DNA of 64,000 bases, taken from positions 448,001 to 512,000 of the forward strand of contig CBDBHB010000007.1 in assembly GCA_965205505.1 (NCBI GenBank). The letters run 5' to 3'. This DNA comes from Acidobacteriota bacterium. GTDB lineage: Bacteria; Acidobacteriota; UBA890; WLXD01. The translations under genes were made by a program, and so were the position numbers. The notes under the pieces were generated by a model. That model searched no databases and was not told where the DNA came from. It saw only the letters and a program-made list of their open reading frames with translations. Shown here piece after piece: positions 51,206-60,947 of the stretch (positions within the stretch are counted from its first letter, which is position 1; every line of letters starts with the position of its first letter).

Positions 51206-51805
51206 GAGATAGCTCAGAAAGCAGTGCACGGCGCGCACCGAGCTCGGACACATGAGCTCCGGTATCGTCAGAGATCGATCCGTTGCTAGCCACCGCATAG
51301 CCGAGCGCTTCTACCTCCCGCCGGTCTGCGCACAGAGATGCGGCCACGCCCGTCATTCCGGTGCCCGCAAAACCGTCCAGTATCACTGCGTTGGGTTCCG
51401 TGTAGTGGAGGATGTAGCGCATCAGCGCGCGATGCGGCACCTTCGTGTGGTACGAGTGGGCTCGATAGATTGAGTGGTTCTTTCCTTCCGATACGTCCGC
51501 CGCAAACGGCGCACGGACCCAATCTCGATCGACGGCATTGTCCGCGCGGACTTCCGAACTAATCTCTCCGAGCCACGGGTTCGGACACGCAGTGAAGTAA
51601 GGCGGGTCGGACAGTCGCAGGATGTCCTCGTTTGTGCCGATCGGGAAGCCCGGTGTCTCGCGAAACTCGGGGTCCTTCAGCTTCTCGGCTAAGAGTCCCT
51701 GGAAGTGCTCCCGCCGCGCCTCATCGCTCTCGAAGGTTTGGCCGAGGCACTCGACCGGGCCCGTTTCCTTCTTCGCCGCCGGGAAATCGAGATCGCTTTG
51801 ATCGT

Positions 51806-53545
51806 TCATTGGAGTGCTTCCTTCAGGTGCGCCTTCAAATGGAAGCGCTCCTCGCGTTCTTCGATCAGGACCTGGTGCACCAGGAACCGGAGGGTGTCGC
51901 GCGTCTCTGCGAGGCTGGCGCCGGTCCCGGCCGCAGCCTGGTGGGCGGTTATGCCGGCAGGGTCCGTTGCGCGGTTCAGGACCGCGGCCTGGGCCTCGGT
52001 GAGTTGCACGCCGAGCTTGCCCTTCCACACCTCGTCATAGGCGTTCCGAACCTCTCTCCAGTCCAAGGTGATCGTGAAGCTGTTCCCGTCGCGGTCCGAG
52101 TCGAGGGCTGACGGGCGCCGGCTCGCCTGGCGCCAGGCGTACTGCAGCGCTCGGATGCCACTGCCTGCCAGCTCCGCAAAGCCGATCAGACGAAGCGCCC
52201 GGGCGATGAGGGGACTACGAGCCTGGCTCTTGCCTCCATCGGCTATGTGCTCCTCCGTAACGAGGCTGTACCCGGTATTGAAGAACACAGCTTTGTTCGC
52301 GCTGAGTTCGACCTGTGCAGCCGCGCTCTGATCTGAGTAATCCTGATGAATCAACTGATTGACGAGCGCCTCTCGTATGGCGATGTAGTCGGCACTGCCG
52401 CTCGTCCGGGTCAGATCGTTGACCTCGGCGGCGTCGAGTCCCACGTGCTTGGCGAAGAACTCGATGCCGACGTTCAGCATATCGAGAATGTTCTTGCTGC
52501 CGCTGACGCGTTCATCCCAGCGAGCCCCGGGCTCGGAGATCGCCCGAAAGTCGCTCATCTCTCGGCCGAGCGCTCTTCGCACGGCCTGCTCAGTTCCAAA
52601 CAGCAGCATCAACTGCAGGAGTTCGTCCCGCGACAGTCCGCTAGACCGTCCGTCAAGCAATCCAGCCGTTATGCGTTCCGGCGCAGACGTCGAACTCTCA
52701 CCAGGCAATCTTCGGGCATACCACTCGAGCGTCTCGCTGGAATAGCTGTCCCAAGGCGCCACGCCCTCGGAGTCCTTGCCGGCAGATTCGCGAACTCGTC
52801 GCTCCTCCGCCCAAGACTGCGGCAGGTTGGAACCATCGACCAAGCAGACGTCGTCGAGAGGAAGCAGCTCGCCCGCCAAAATGGCCATCAGTGCGGCGTG
52901 ATCTTCATGCCCTTCCTCAACCACATGTGACTCCTGCGTCTTGAAACGCAGGTGGCCACGTTTCACAGCATCCAGAAACGCCAACCGGTACGCGCACTGT
53001 TGGTGGATCAGGGCGAAGAGGCCTGGGGGCAACAACAGTGCGTGGTCACCGACCGCCACATAGGATAGGGTACGCTGGGTTCCAGCGCGGTCGAGAGTCG
53101 CAGCTGGTCCGGGATTGGGTCGGGACTCTCACCCATCAGGAGCAGCCGCTGCGCGACCAGCGTCTTCTTCTTGTCGATGCTCACGTTCTCGAGCACGAAG
53201 AGGGGTAGCGCCAAGATACGCTCCAGGGCGCCGAGGGCATCCAGAAGGTGCCGCTCCGGGTCCTCCTCCGCGAGGAGGGTCGCCGCCCGGGCTTCTTGCA
53301 TTGTGGCGAGGTCGTGTCCCAGATGGTTGCGCAGCGCCAACAGCGCGACCAACGGACCGTCCGCGGGACCCCGCGAACGCTGGCCGCGTTTCCCGCGCGC
53401 CCGAAATGGCTCGAGGTAGGTTTCGAGAGGATGTTTCTGGATCTTCGCCACTGCCTGAACCGTGCTAAGGAAGGTCCCGAAAGACAGTTCGCCATCCAGC
53501 GGCTGGACCGTCTCGGGAAATGCCGCGTTGCACCGGCCGGCGCGG
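51806..53545 (-). pseudogene. BREX-embedded accessory gene: RxxxxH (HEPN-like) region plus RecG-C/HATPase_c_4-like and wHTH C-terminus; 5'-deleted and frameshifted near 53060
   Basis: SFGTFL...[10 protein letters not shown]; AIREALVNQLIHQDY, FFNTG, RSPLIARALRLIGFAELAGSGI. Confidence 0.6.
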
Positions 53546-55976
53546 TAATCGAGGAGAACTGTTCGACGGAGCCGGCAACGAGCTTCTTGCCGGGGATGCT
53601 GAGCACCAGCGATCCGCTGTGGACCAGGGCGGCCAAGACTACCGCCAGGAACTCGGGCTCCAGCCGAAAGCGAGTCCAGTAGTCGATTCCATTGTCGTCT
53701 TGCACCAGTTCTGCACGGTTGAGCACCTGGCCCTTCTTCTTCTTGGCCAGCAGGTCGAGCACATGGGCCGCATAGCGAGACTGCCGCGGCTGGAGTTGGT
53801 CGCCATCGAGCAGATTCAAGGCATCGAGAACGGCCGTGCCCTGCTTGCTCTTGATGCCCCCGGCTATCCATCTAAGGGCTTCGCTCGCTGCTTGCTCCCG
53901 ATTGCGTCGGGTGATCAGCACGCTAAAAGTCGGGTAGTCGGGGCTGTTGTTCTCGAACTGCGGCGCAAGGCAGACTGAGCCGGCGATGTTGACCAGGTCG
54001 CGCACGGACGCGTGGCTCAGGCCGCCGGCCACTTTGCCTTGAATCACCTCCTGCAATGTCTTGGCGCGCCCCTCGTACGTGACTTCGAAAGCGGTCGCCA
54101 TGTGTTCGCGCATCCACTTGGTCAGCTCCCGCAGGTGGTCGGTGGCCTTCTGCTCGTAGATGCGCTTGTTCTCACCCGACGCCGTGGCCGCTTGCTCGCG
54201 CGCCCCGGCGTAGAGCTTGAGGTGGGTGTCAAGGTCATCGTCGCGCTGCTTGAGCTTGAAGAACACTTCGTCGGGCCGCTTCCCGTCCTTGTAGTAAGGC
54301 GCGTCGTGAGGCTGGAGGAAGTAGAGATAGAAGTCCCTCGGAGGCTGCGCTGTGGAACGCTCGTTGGGCGCACCGAAGAAGAGGTAGCCGCTGCGCTCTG
54401 TCTTGCGCTCGCGCCACTCCACCTCGTGCTCCCAGATCTTGTAACCGGACACGTAGGTCTCGTCGGCGGCCTCCATGACCCGCGTAAGCGCGGTGAAGTA
54501 GTGGCGGTCGAGCTGACCGGCGCTCAAGGTGTCGGCCTTCTTGGCGATGATGGAGTCGAAGTCGACGTCCTTCTTCAGGTCCAGGTAGTACTGGTTGTTC
54601 TCCTTGTTCACCGTAATGAACTGCCCGCTCACGGTGCGGAGGATCTCCACCAGCGCTTTCTCTACCAGGGTCGCCAGGAAGGCGGCGTCCTTCTCCGGGG
54701 TGGGCAAGATCAGGCACAGGTCGTCGCGCAGCTCCTCAGGAGTGGCCCCGAGCGGCGCGAAGATGTCACCAGTCGTGAGCCGGTGGACCGAGAGCGCATG
54801 GATGATGCGCAAGGCGACGCCCTTGTACCGAGGCTGGGTGTAGGCCTGCTGGATTCGGTCCTCGAGCACCTTGCTCTTGTCGATGACCTCCTTGATGTCG
54901 GGTACCGAACGGAACGACGGGTTGCTCTGGAGATTGGCCCAATAGCTGTCGTACGAAACGAGCCCCGGCTCGCTGCTAAGGAACGTCGCTGGCGATCACG
55001 CCGCGGATGGCGGCGCTTAGGGTCTTGAGCACTTCGCGTTTTTCCGCCACGTAGACCTTCTCGAAGGTGTCCAGGTAGGCGGGATGCACCGGGAAGAGTT
55101 CGACGAATTTGTCTAACTGCTCGTTCATCGATCCATAGAGCGGCGCGAACTGGGTCAAGTGCTCGCGTATCTTTCCCGCCTGCTCGGGAGTCTTCTTGAG
55201 CAGCCGCTGGGAGACCACGTAAGCGACGTCTTCTCGGGCGATGCGGACCTGGTCGAAGCGGTCTTTGACGCGCCGCAGGGTCTCGGCCACGAACTGAAAG
55301 CGCTGGTTGTCGAAGAGACTCTCCTGCACGCCGGAGATGAAGCGGAAGCGTGTCGACTTGCAGATCTCGCCCACCTCGCGGAGGAAGTTGAGGTCGAGGA
55401 TGAGTTCCTGCTCCTTGCGGGTGCGGAGGTAGTCGAGCAGCTCGTCAAGAACCAGCAGCAGGCCCTGCTTTGGGTGCGCCTCCTCGAAGGCAGCCATCAT
55501 CTCGACGAAGCAGTCTTGTTGTTGGTGACCTCGCTCGCCAGCGGGAACTGGTAGTCCACCCCCATCTCTCCGAGCCTCTCCTCGATGCTCTGGCAGATGA
55601 TGTCCCGCAGGGTCATCGTGGTGGACCCGATCTCGGCGCGTAGAACTTTGAAGCGTCCCGCGATGCTGTCTGCCTTTTTTGCCACCGATTCGTTGGTGGC
55701 TGCGGCCGCCAATTCCGTGTGTTCGGCAATGGCGGAGATCAGCGCCATCAAGTGCGACTTACCAGTGCCGTAATTCCCGACAATCAGCAAGCCCTTGTTG
55801 TCGGCGGGCTTGTCGAACTGAAGCTGTTGGAACACGAGGCCGGTGAGCAGTTCGGCCATGCGGTCGGAAATGACGAAGGTCTCCACTAGGCGCCTGGCGT
55901 CGCTCGCCTCGTCCGCTTCTCGAAGCTGGATGACAGACTCGATGGGCTCGAACTGGATGAGATCTTCGTACTTCAT
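53546..55976 (-). pseudogene. brxC: BREX type III ATPase BrxC (DUF6079), two frameshifts and 3'-deleted
   Basis: [51 protein letters not shown] and [21 protein letters not shown]. Confidence 0.88.
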
Positions 55977-56485
55977 TCCGACTCCCTATTACCTGTGAGT
56001 GCTTTCGCGCCGGGTACATCCAGGGTGGGCACAATGACTATGCCTGGTTTGTGGTACCGCCTGAACTCGGGGTGAGTCGGGTCGGCGTATGTCAGGCTGT
56101 CGCCCTCGTACACACCCGCCCAGGCAGAGATCACGGTCCGATTGCGGGCGAGCCCCTGCAGCAGCCGAAGCGGATCCTGTTTGAGTTCAGGGCTGAAGAG
56201 CACTTCGATGTTGTCGAGGATCAGTACGTCGCTGCCATGCTCCTTGGCCGCATGGCCGAGAAGGCGCGGTAGTCTGAGTGCACGCTGTCTCGACGTCAGC
56301 TCCAGCATGCGCCCCGAGAGCGAGAGGTTGACGTTGAGCAGTGGCCAGGACCGCTCGTCGGCAAGTTCACGCAGGGACGTCGTCTTGCCCGTGCGCGGGG
56401 GCCCGACGACCAGGATCAAGCGGTGGTAGAGCACGGCAGCCGCAGGAACCTGTTCCGCGATCCGGCGTGATAGTGTCCGTACCAA
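55973..56485 (-). CDS. brxF: BREX type III P-loop protein BrxF
   Basis: [39 protein letters not shown] and [11 protein letters not shown]. Confidence 0.9.
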   Translation of the reverse strand: MVRTLSRRIAEQVPAAAVLYHRLILVVGPPRTGKTTSLRELADERSWPLLNVNLSLSGRMLELTSRQRALRLPRLLGHAAKEHGSDVLILDNIEVLFSPELKQDPLRLLQGLARNRTVISAWAGVYEGDSLTYADPTHPEFRRYHKPGIVIVPTLDVPGAKALTGNRESE

Positions 56486-56544
56486 CTACTTTTCCTCGGG
56501 AATTGTCAGAGTTCGAACCAGAAGCCGTATGGTGACGCGATCGA

Positions 56545-59500
56545 TCATGGTGAACCTAGCTCGTGCGCGCTAGCGCCGCTGCGCGCCACAACCTTCTCCA
56601 GATCGACCCAGATCGCCTTGGCCGTGTAGTTCTCGACCTCGTATTCGTCTGGCCGGCAGGTGAATACCAGGATCTGGGACTTGTCAGCGCAGCGATAAAT
56701 CAATTCGGCGAGACGGCTCATGCGGCCGATGTCGCTGTGGACGAGTTGGTCGTCGAGGACGACGGCGGTCTCGAGGGCCTCGGCGATGGTGAGGCGGAGT
56801 AGGGTGGCGAGCTGGTCTCGGGTGCCGATTGACAGTGACGTCTGGTCGCGGGCGGCTCCTGCCAGGGTGAGCCGGGTGCCGTCGAGATGCGGGCCTACTG
56901 AGACGGTGTCGTAGCGGCCCTGGGTGAGAGCGGCGACTCGTTCTTCGATAGGCCTCACGACCGCATCCCCGAGGTGAACGGCGTCCTCGCTCTCGGCAAC
57001 TCTCAGCGTTTCCAGGAGAAGCTGCCATGAGGAGTACTCGATCTCGGTCAGGTGCTCGAGATCGCTGATCGACTCGACGGCTTCCTCCGCTCGATCGAGC
57101 CTGTCCTGGATGTACTGCCCGCCCACCGTCTCCAGGGCGCCCTCGCGTTTACTCCGCTCGCTCTCGAGATCGCGGACGGCGTTGGTGGCTCGCTGCACCA
57201 GCTCGCGCGCGGCCGCGAGTTTCTCGTCGTCGACTTCTACCGTGGGTCGCGGCAGCTTCTCGAGCGTCTCGCGTTGCTCGGCTGCGAGAAGCTCTGCGGC
57301 TGGCAGGTCGTCGGCGTCGGCTCGTGATTTGCGCTCGTCGAGTTGTGCGACGAGCGTTGTGACCGCCGACTGGGCCTTCGATACAGTTTCGGTCTTCTCT
57401 TCGAGGTCCTGCCGCGCCTGGTCGGCCCGAGTCCGGGTGACCTCTTGCCTCTCACGAGCCGCATCGATCGTTGCACTCGCGCTCGTGCCCATCTTCTTCA
57501 GTTCCGCCTCGAGCAAGCCACGGTCCGACGTGATCTTGGCGAGCGTGCCCTCGGTGCCGGCGAGAACGTCCTGAAATGGGCCGCTCAGCCTCCCATCGGC
57601 CGTTTTGCAGTCTCGACGCTGGGCTTGGAGTTCGCGGTTGGCGGAGTCGAGGGTGCTCTCGTCCCGTGTTACCTGTGTTCGCAGTGCACCGGCCTGGTCG
57701 TTTCGCGTCGCGATGCTCTGCTCGAGAGCCTGTCTCTTCTTCTCGGTGGCTTCGGGGTCGCCGGCAGCAGCAGCCTCCTCGAGCACGCGCTCGACGGGGT
57801 CGCCAGCCGCCAGCTTCGCGTCGAGCTGCGCCCGCGCTTCTCGTTCGGACCGCTCTGCCACGGCAAGGCGCGCCTCGGCATCGCCGGCTCCCCGGGCCTG
57901 GGCTTCTGCCTGGTCTGCCTCCGCGTCCAGGGCGGCGACCTTGCCGAGGTCTTTGATCGCTCGCTCGGAGGCCTTCACCAGTTGTCCGAACGACTTGACC
58001 TTGGCAGCGCGAAGCAGGGGAGCCACCGCGTGGTCCCAGCGCTGCCGCATCTCCTGTGCTTCCTGGAGCAGGGCCGCGCTCCCGCCCGTGACCTCTACCT
58101 CGGCGATTCCCGCGAGCTCGACTCGGAGGTGTCCTTCGGCCTCGAACGTCTTCGCGTTCGCCAGATGGTGGTCGTTGGGCTCGGCCGAGTCTGCGGTAAC
58201 AAATACGTCCAGCGGTTTCTTCGGCACGATGCGCAAGGAGAGGCCAACCTGAAGTTTGCCCTCGGCAATCTGCAGCGAATGTAGTTGCTCCCCCAGCTCG
58301 TTCAGTGCTTTCTCGTCGGGGAGAGCCAGTGCTTCGATTCGCGAGCGGATGATCTTGGCTTTCTGTTTTGCGGCCGCCGCCTCGTCGCGGAGCTTGGCAA
58401 CGGACTCGGTGTCCGCGCGCGCCGTGGTCAGGTCCTCGACGGCAGCCGCCAGAGTACCGGCAAGCTCCAGTTGTTCGAGCTTGGCCAAGGCGACCTGGTC
58501 GGCAGTAGTCTGGGTCTCGGCCTGTTGCAGGAGATCACGGGCGTCCTTCAGCTGCTTCTCGCCCGCCGTGACCCCGCTGGCCAGCTCGTCGGCCTTGCGG
58601 TGCGCCACAGCGGCCAGGTTCCCGAGCTCGAGCTCCCGCTCACCGTCCTTCCTGGCCGCGTCGAGAGCGAGCAGCTTCTTCTCGAGCTCCTGCTGCTGGA
58701 TCTTCCGTTTCTGCTCGGCGCTGCCGCTTTCGAGCTCTTCCAGGAGCTTGGCCGCAGCACTGGCTTGCGCCTCGGCAGTGGTGAGCTCGGTCTTGGCTGC
58801 TGTCGCCGCGGCATTGGCATCATCGAGTGCGGCCTGCGCAGTCTTGAGGGCGGCCCCGGTTTCCTCGACAGCCGTGTAGTAGGCGTGCACCCGATCGCGG
58901 GTCTTCTCCGCCTCGGCCAAGAGGTTTGCCGCGGCGGTGAGGGCCTCGTTCTGTCGATAGGCCTCCTGCAGCAGCTGGCTCGCCGCCTCGGCCTCCGCCT
59001 GCTGGATTCTCGCTACTGCGATCTCCTCCGCGATCTCCTCGACTGCCGCACCTACGGAGAGACTGTCGTTCACGAGCTTGCGCGCGGCTTCCTGCTCATC
59101 CCGAGCGAGCTTCAGGCGGTTCTGGATGTCGGTCCAGGGCGAACCCTTGCTCCGCTTCTGCCTTCCCTTGGGGGTATAGGCCTCATCAACCTTCACCTGA
59201 GCGGCCGCGAGCACGCGTCGGAACTCGGGGCTCTCGGCCATGGCCTGCAGCGCCTGCGTGAGCCGTTGCTTGCCCGACTCGTCCGGATCCCCGTCGAGGC
59301 CGCGTTCGAGCACGGCTTCCACTTCGTCTTGGGTGCCGATAAGAGCCGTGGTGAGGAAGGTCTCCGGCCAGCCGTGCTTACCGCCCTGGCCGCCTCCTGG
59401 TTGCTTGATGCCCCACTCCAGGAGCTTGCGTACTTGCCCGTCAACGTCCGCAGCCTTGGCCTCGAGGGCGAAGCTCTCGCCGTCCTTCGAGAACTCCAGG

Positions 59501-59790
59501 AGGCTCGAACCGTCGGCCCCCGAGCCGAAGCTCTTCTTAATGCGGTAGATGCGCTGTGGCTCCGTCTCGAAGGTCAGCTCCACGCGCGGCGGCTGGTCGT
59601 CATGCCAGTCGACGAGGTTGCGATGGGCGGCGCTGCTGACGGGCAACAGCAATGCTGCGCGAATGGCCTGCACGAGCGTCGACTTGCCCAGCTCGTTGGG
59701 GCCGTACAGAACGTTCAGTCCCTGGTCGAGCTTGATGTCGGCGTGCTTGATGCCCGCGAACGAGCGCACCACGAGGCGCCGCAACCACAC
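56545..59790 (-). CDS. SbcC/Rad50 (YhaN-like) coiled-coil ABC ATPase
   Basis: GPNELGKST, long coiled coil, LSIGTRDQ signature, VLDDQLVHSD and VFTC. Confidence 0.88.
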   Translation of the reverse strand: MWLRRLVVRSFAGIKHADIKLDQGLNVLYGPNELGKSTLVQAIRAALLLPVSSAAHRNLVDWHDDQPPRVELTFETEPQRIYRIKKSFGSGADGSSLLEFSKDGESFALEAKAADVDGQVRKLLEWGIKQPGGGQGGKHGWPETFLTTALIGTQDEVEAVLERGLDGDPDESGKQRLTQALQAMAESPEFRRVLAAAQVKVDEAYTPKGRQKRSKGSPWTDIQNRLKLARDEQEAARKLVNDSLSVGAAVEEIAEEIAVARIQQAEAEAASQLLQEAYRQNEALTAAANLLAEAEKTRDRVHAYYTAVEETGAALKTAQAALDDANAAATAAKTELTTAEAQASAAAKLLEELESGSAEQKRKIQQQELEKKLLALDAARKDGERELELGNLAAVAHRKADELASGVTAGEKQLKDARDLLQQAETQTTADQVALAKLEQLELAGTLAAAVEDLTTARADTESVAKLRDEAAAAKQKAKIIRSRIEALALPDEKALNELGEQLHSLQIAEGKLQVGLSLRIVPKKPLDVFVTADSAEPNDHHLANAKTFEAEGHLRVELAGIAEVEVTGGSAALLQEAQEMRQRWDHAVAPLLRAAKVKSFGQLVKASERAIKDLGKVAALDAEADQAEAQARGAGDAEARLAVAERSEREARAQLDAKLAAGDPVERVLEEAAAAGDPEATEKKRQALEQSIATRNDQAGALRTQVTRDESTLDSANRELQAQRRDCKTADGRLSGPFQDVLAGTEGTLAKITSDRGLLEAELKKMGTSASATIDAARERQEVTRTRADQARQDLEEKTETVSKAQSAVTTLVAQLDERKSRADADDLPAAELLAAEQRETLEKLPRPTVEVDDEKLAAARELVQRATNAVRDLESERSKREGALETVGGQYIQDRLDRAEEAVESISDLEHLTEIEYSSWQLLLETLRVAESEDAVHLGDAVVRPIEERVAALTQGRYDTVSVGPHLDGTRLTLAGAARDQTSLSIGTRDQLATLLRLTIAEALETAVVLDDQLVHSDIGRMSRLAELIYRCADKSQILVFTCRPDEYEVENYTAKAIWVDLEKVVARSGASAHELGSP

Positions 59791-60947
59791 TGGCTACCGT
59801 CCCCTTCATGAGCTGGAAGAGGTGGTGCAGGGCTCGCTCGGCTCGCTCGGGTTTCCTGGTGGGCAGTTTCGACCAGTCGATCGATGGTCGACTTGAGGAC
59901 GGGGGGAAGGTCGTCGGGGAAGTCCTTCTGCCCGGGGGGCTCCAGGCGCAGTCCGGTTCGGTCCGCGAGCATGACGCCCACTCGGGGATGCGCGGCGAAC
60001 GAGCCTTGCAGCTCGTTGAGGATCGCCCCGGCTTCGTCATACTCGGTAATGGGCAGACGCATCTCAATCTGGATTTTCAGCACGCACTTGCGCAGTGAGT
60101 CATCGGCGCGCAGCGCCCTCAGCTCCTCGATGGAGCGGCAGGTCTGCTCGCGCCACTGCCACTCGCCCACTCGATGTGATTCGACGATGGCCCGGCGACG
60201 CCGATCGCGCGGGAAGAAGGTCAGGGCAACGTGGCCGGCGTCGGTTTCCCCGAACGTGGCCGGCTCGGGCGCGCCCGGATACACAGTGGGAACCGGCGCA
60301 TCGGGTTGGACGTCGCGGAAGCCGTGCGTGTCACCGATGGCGAGGTAATCGAGACCGCGTTGCTGCGCAGCGTCACGCGCGATGGGGAAATTCGTCTGGT
60401 GCCCCTCAATGTCGAAGGTCTGGCCGTGAACGAGGCCGATGCGGATGCGCTCGTCGCCGGGCGCACGGGCTGGAAGCTGCAACGCCGGGTCGTTCTGCCC
60501 GGCGTGAGAGGTGCAAGGCACCGCATAGAGCACGACGTTATCGGCGAGCTCGAGCTCGAAGTCCGGACGATCGACCACGTGCACGAACGGAGGCAGTCCT
60601 CGGCGGAAAGCGTGCCCCGGCTCATAAACAGATCCTGGAACCAGCGGGTCGTGGTTGCCGGGAAGCAGGGCCACCGGACGGGTCCACTTGCGCTTGGCGA
60701 GGTCCTCGACCACGGCCCTCCACCACTGCGAGTCCGGAGCGTACTCGTCGAATAGGTCGCCGGCGCAGAGCACTGCATCCACGCGGCGGCTCTCGGCCAG
60801 GTCGAGGATCCTGGTCACGACCTCGCGTCGAGCACGCGTAAGCTTTTGCTCGTCCTGCTCCGGGAACCTCGGGAAACGACGCCCGAGATGCCAGTCGGCC
60901 GTGTGCAGCAGTGAAAAGGCCACGTCGGGTGCCTCCGGTTTGCTCAT
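59787..60947 (-). CDS. SbcD/Mre11 (YhaO-like) metallophosphoesterase nuclease; C-terminal frame uncertain near 59855
   Basis: HTADWHLG, AGDLFD, PGNHD, HG and GDTH; ATGA overlap with SNF2. The natural-looking tail ERAERALHHLFQL is in another frame. Confidence 0.85.

Larger units (their letters stand above)
47759..51809 (-). pseudogene. pglXI: BREX type III DNA methyltransferase PglXI, interrupted by IS3 and frameshifted
   Basis: GPVECLGQTF, LSDPPYFTACPNP, AHSYHTKVPH, DGFAGTGMT, ELS|PAASFVAYNYN (split by IS), YVFVDPPFG, WYVPDP and IQEDAKLLMYYD. Confidence 0.88.

Noticed and set aside
57343-59811. Plus-strand ORFs of 313 and 508 aa
   Set aside because: Antisense to the SbcC-like coiled-coil gene.
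56545-60947. Wadjet or Lamassu assignment
   Set aside because: No JetA/B/D-like or LmuA/LmuC-like partners; the partner is an Mre11-type phosphoesterase.
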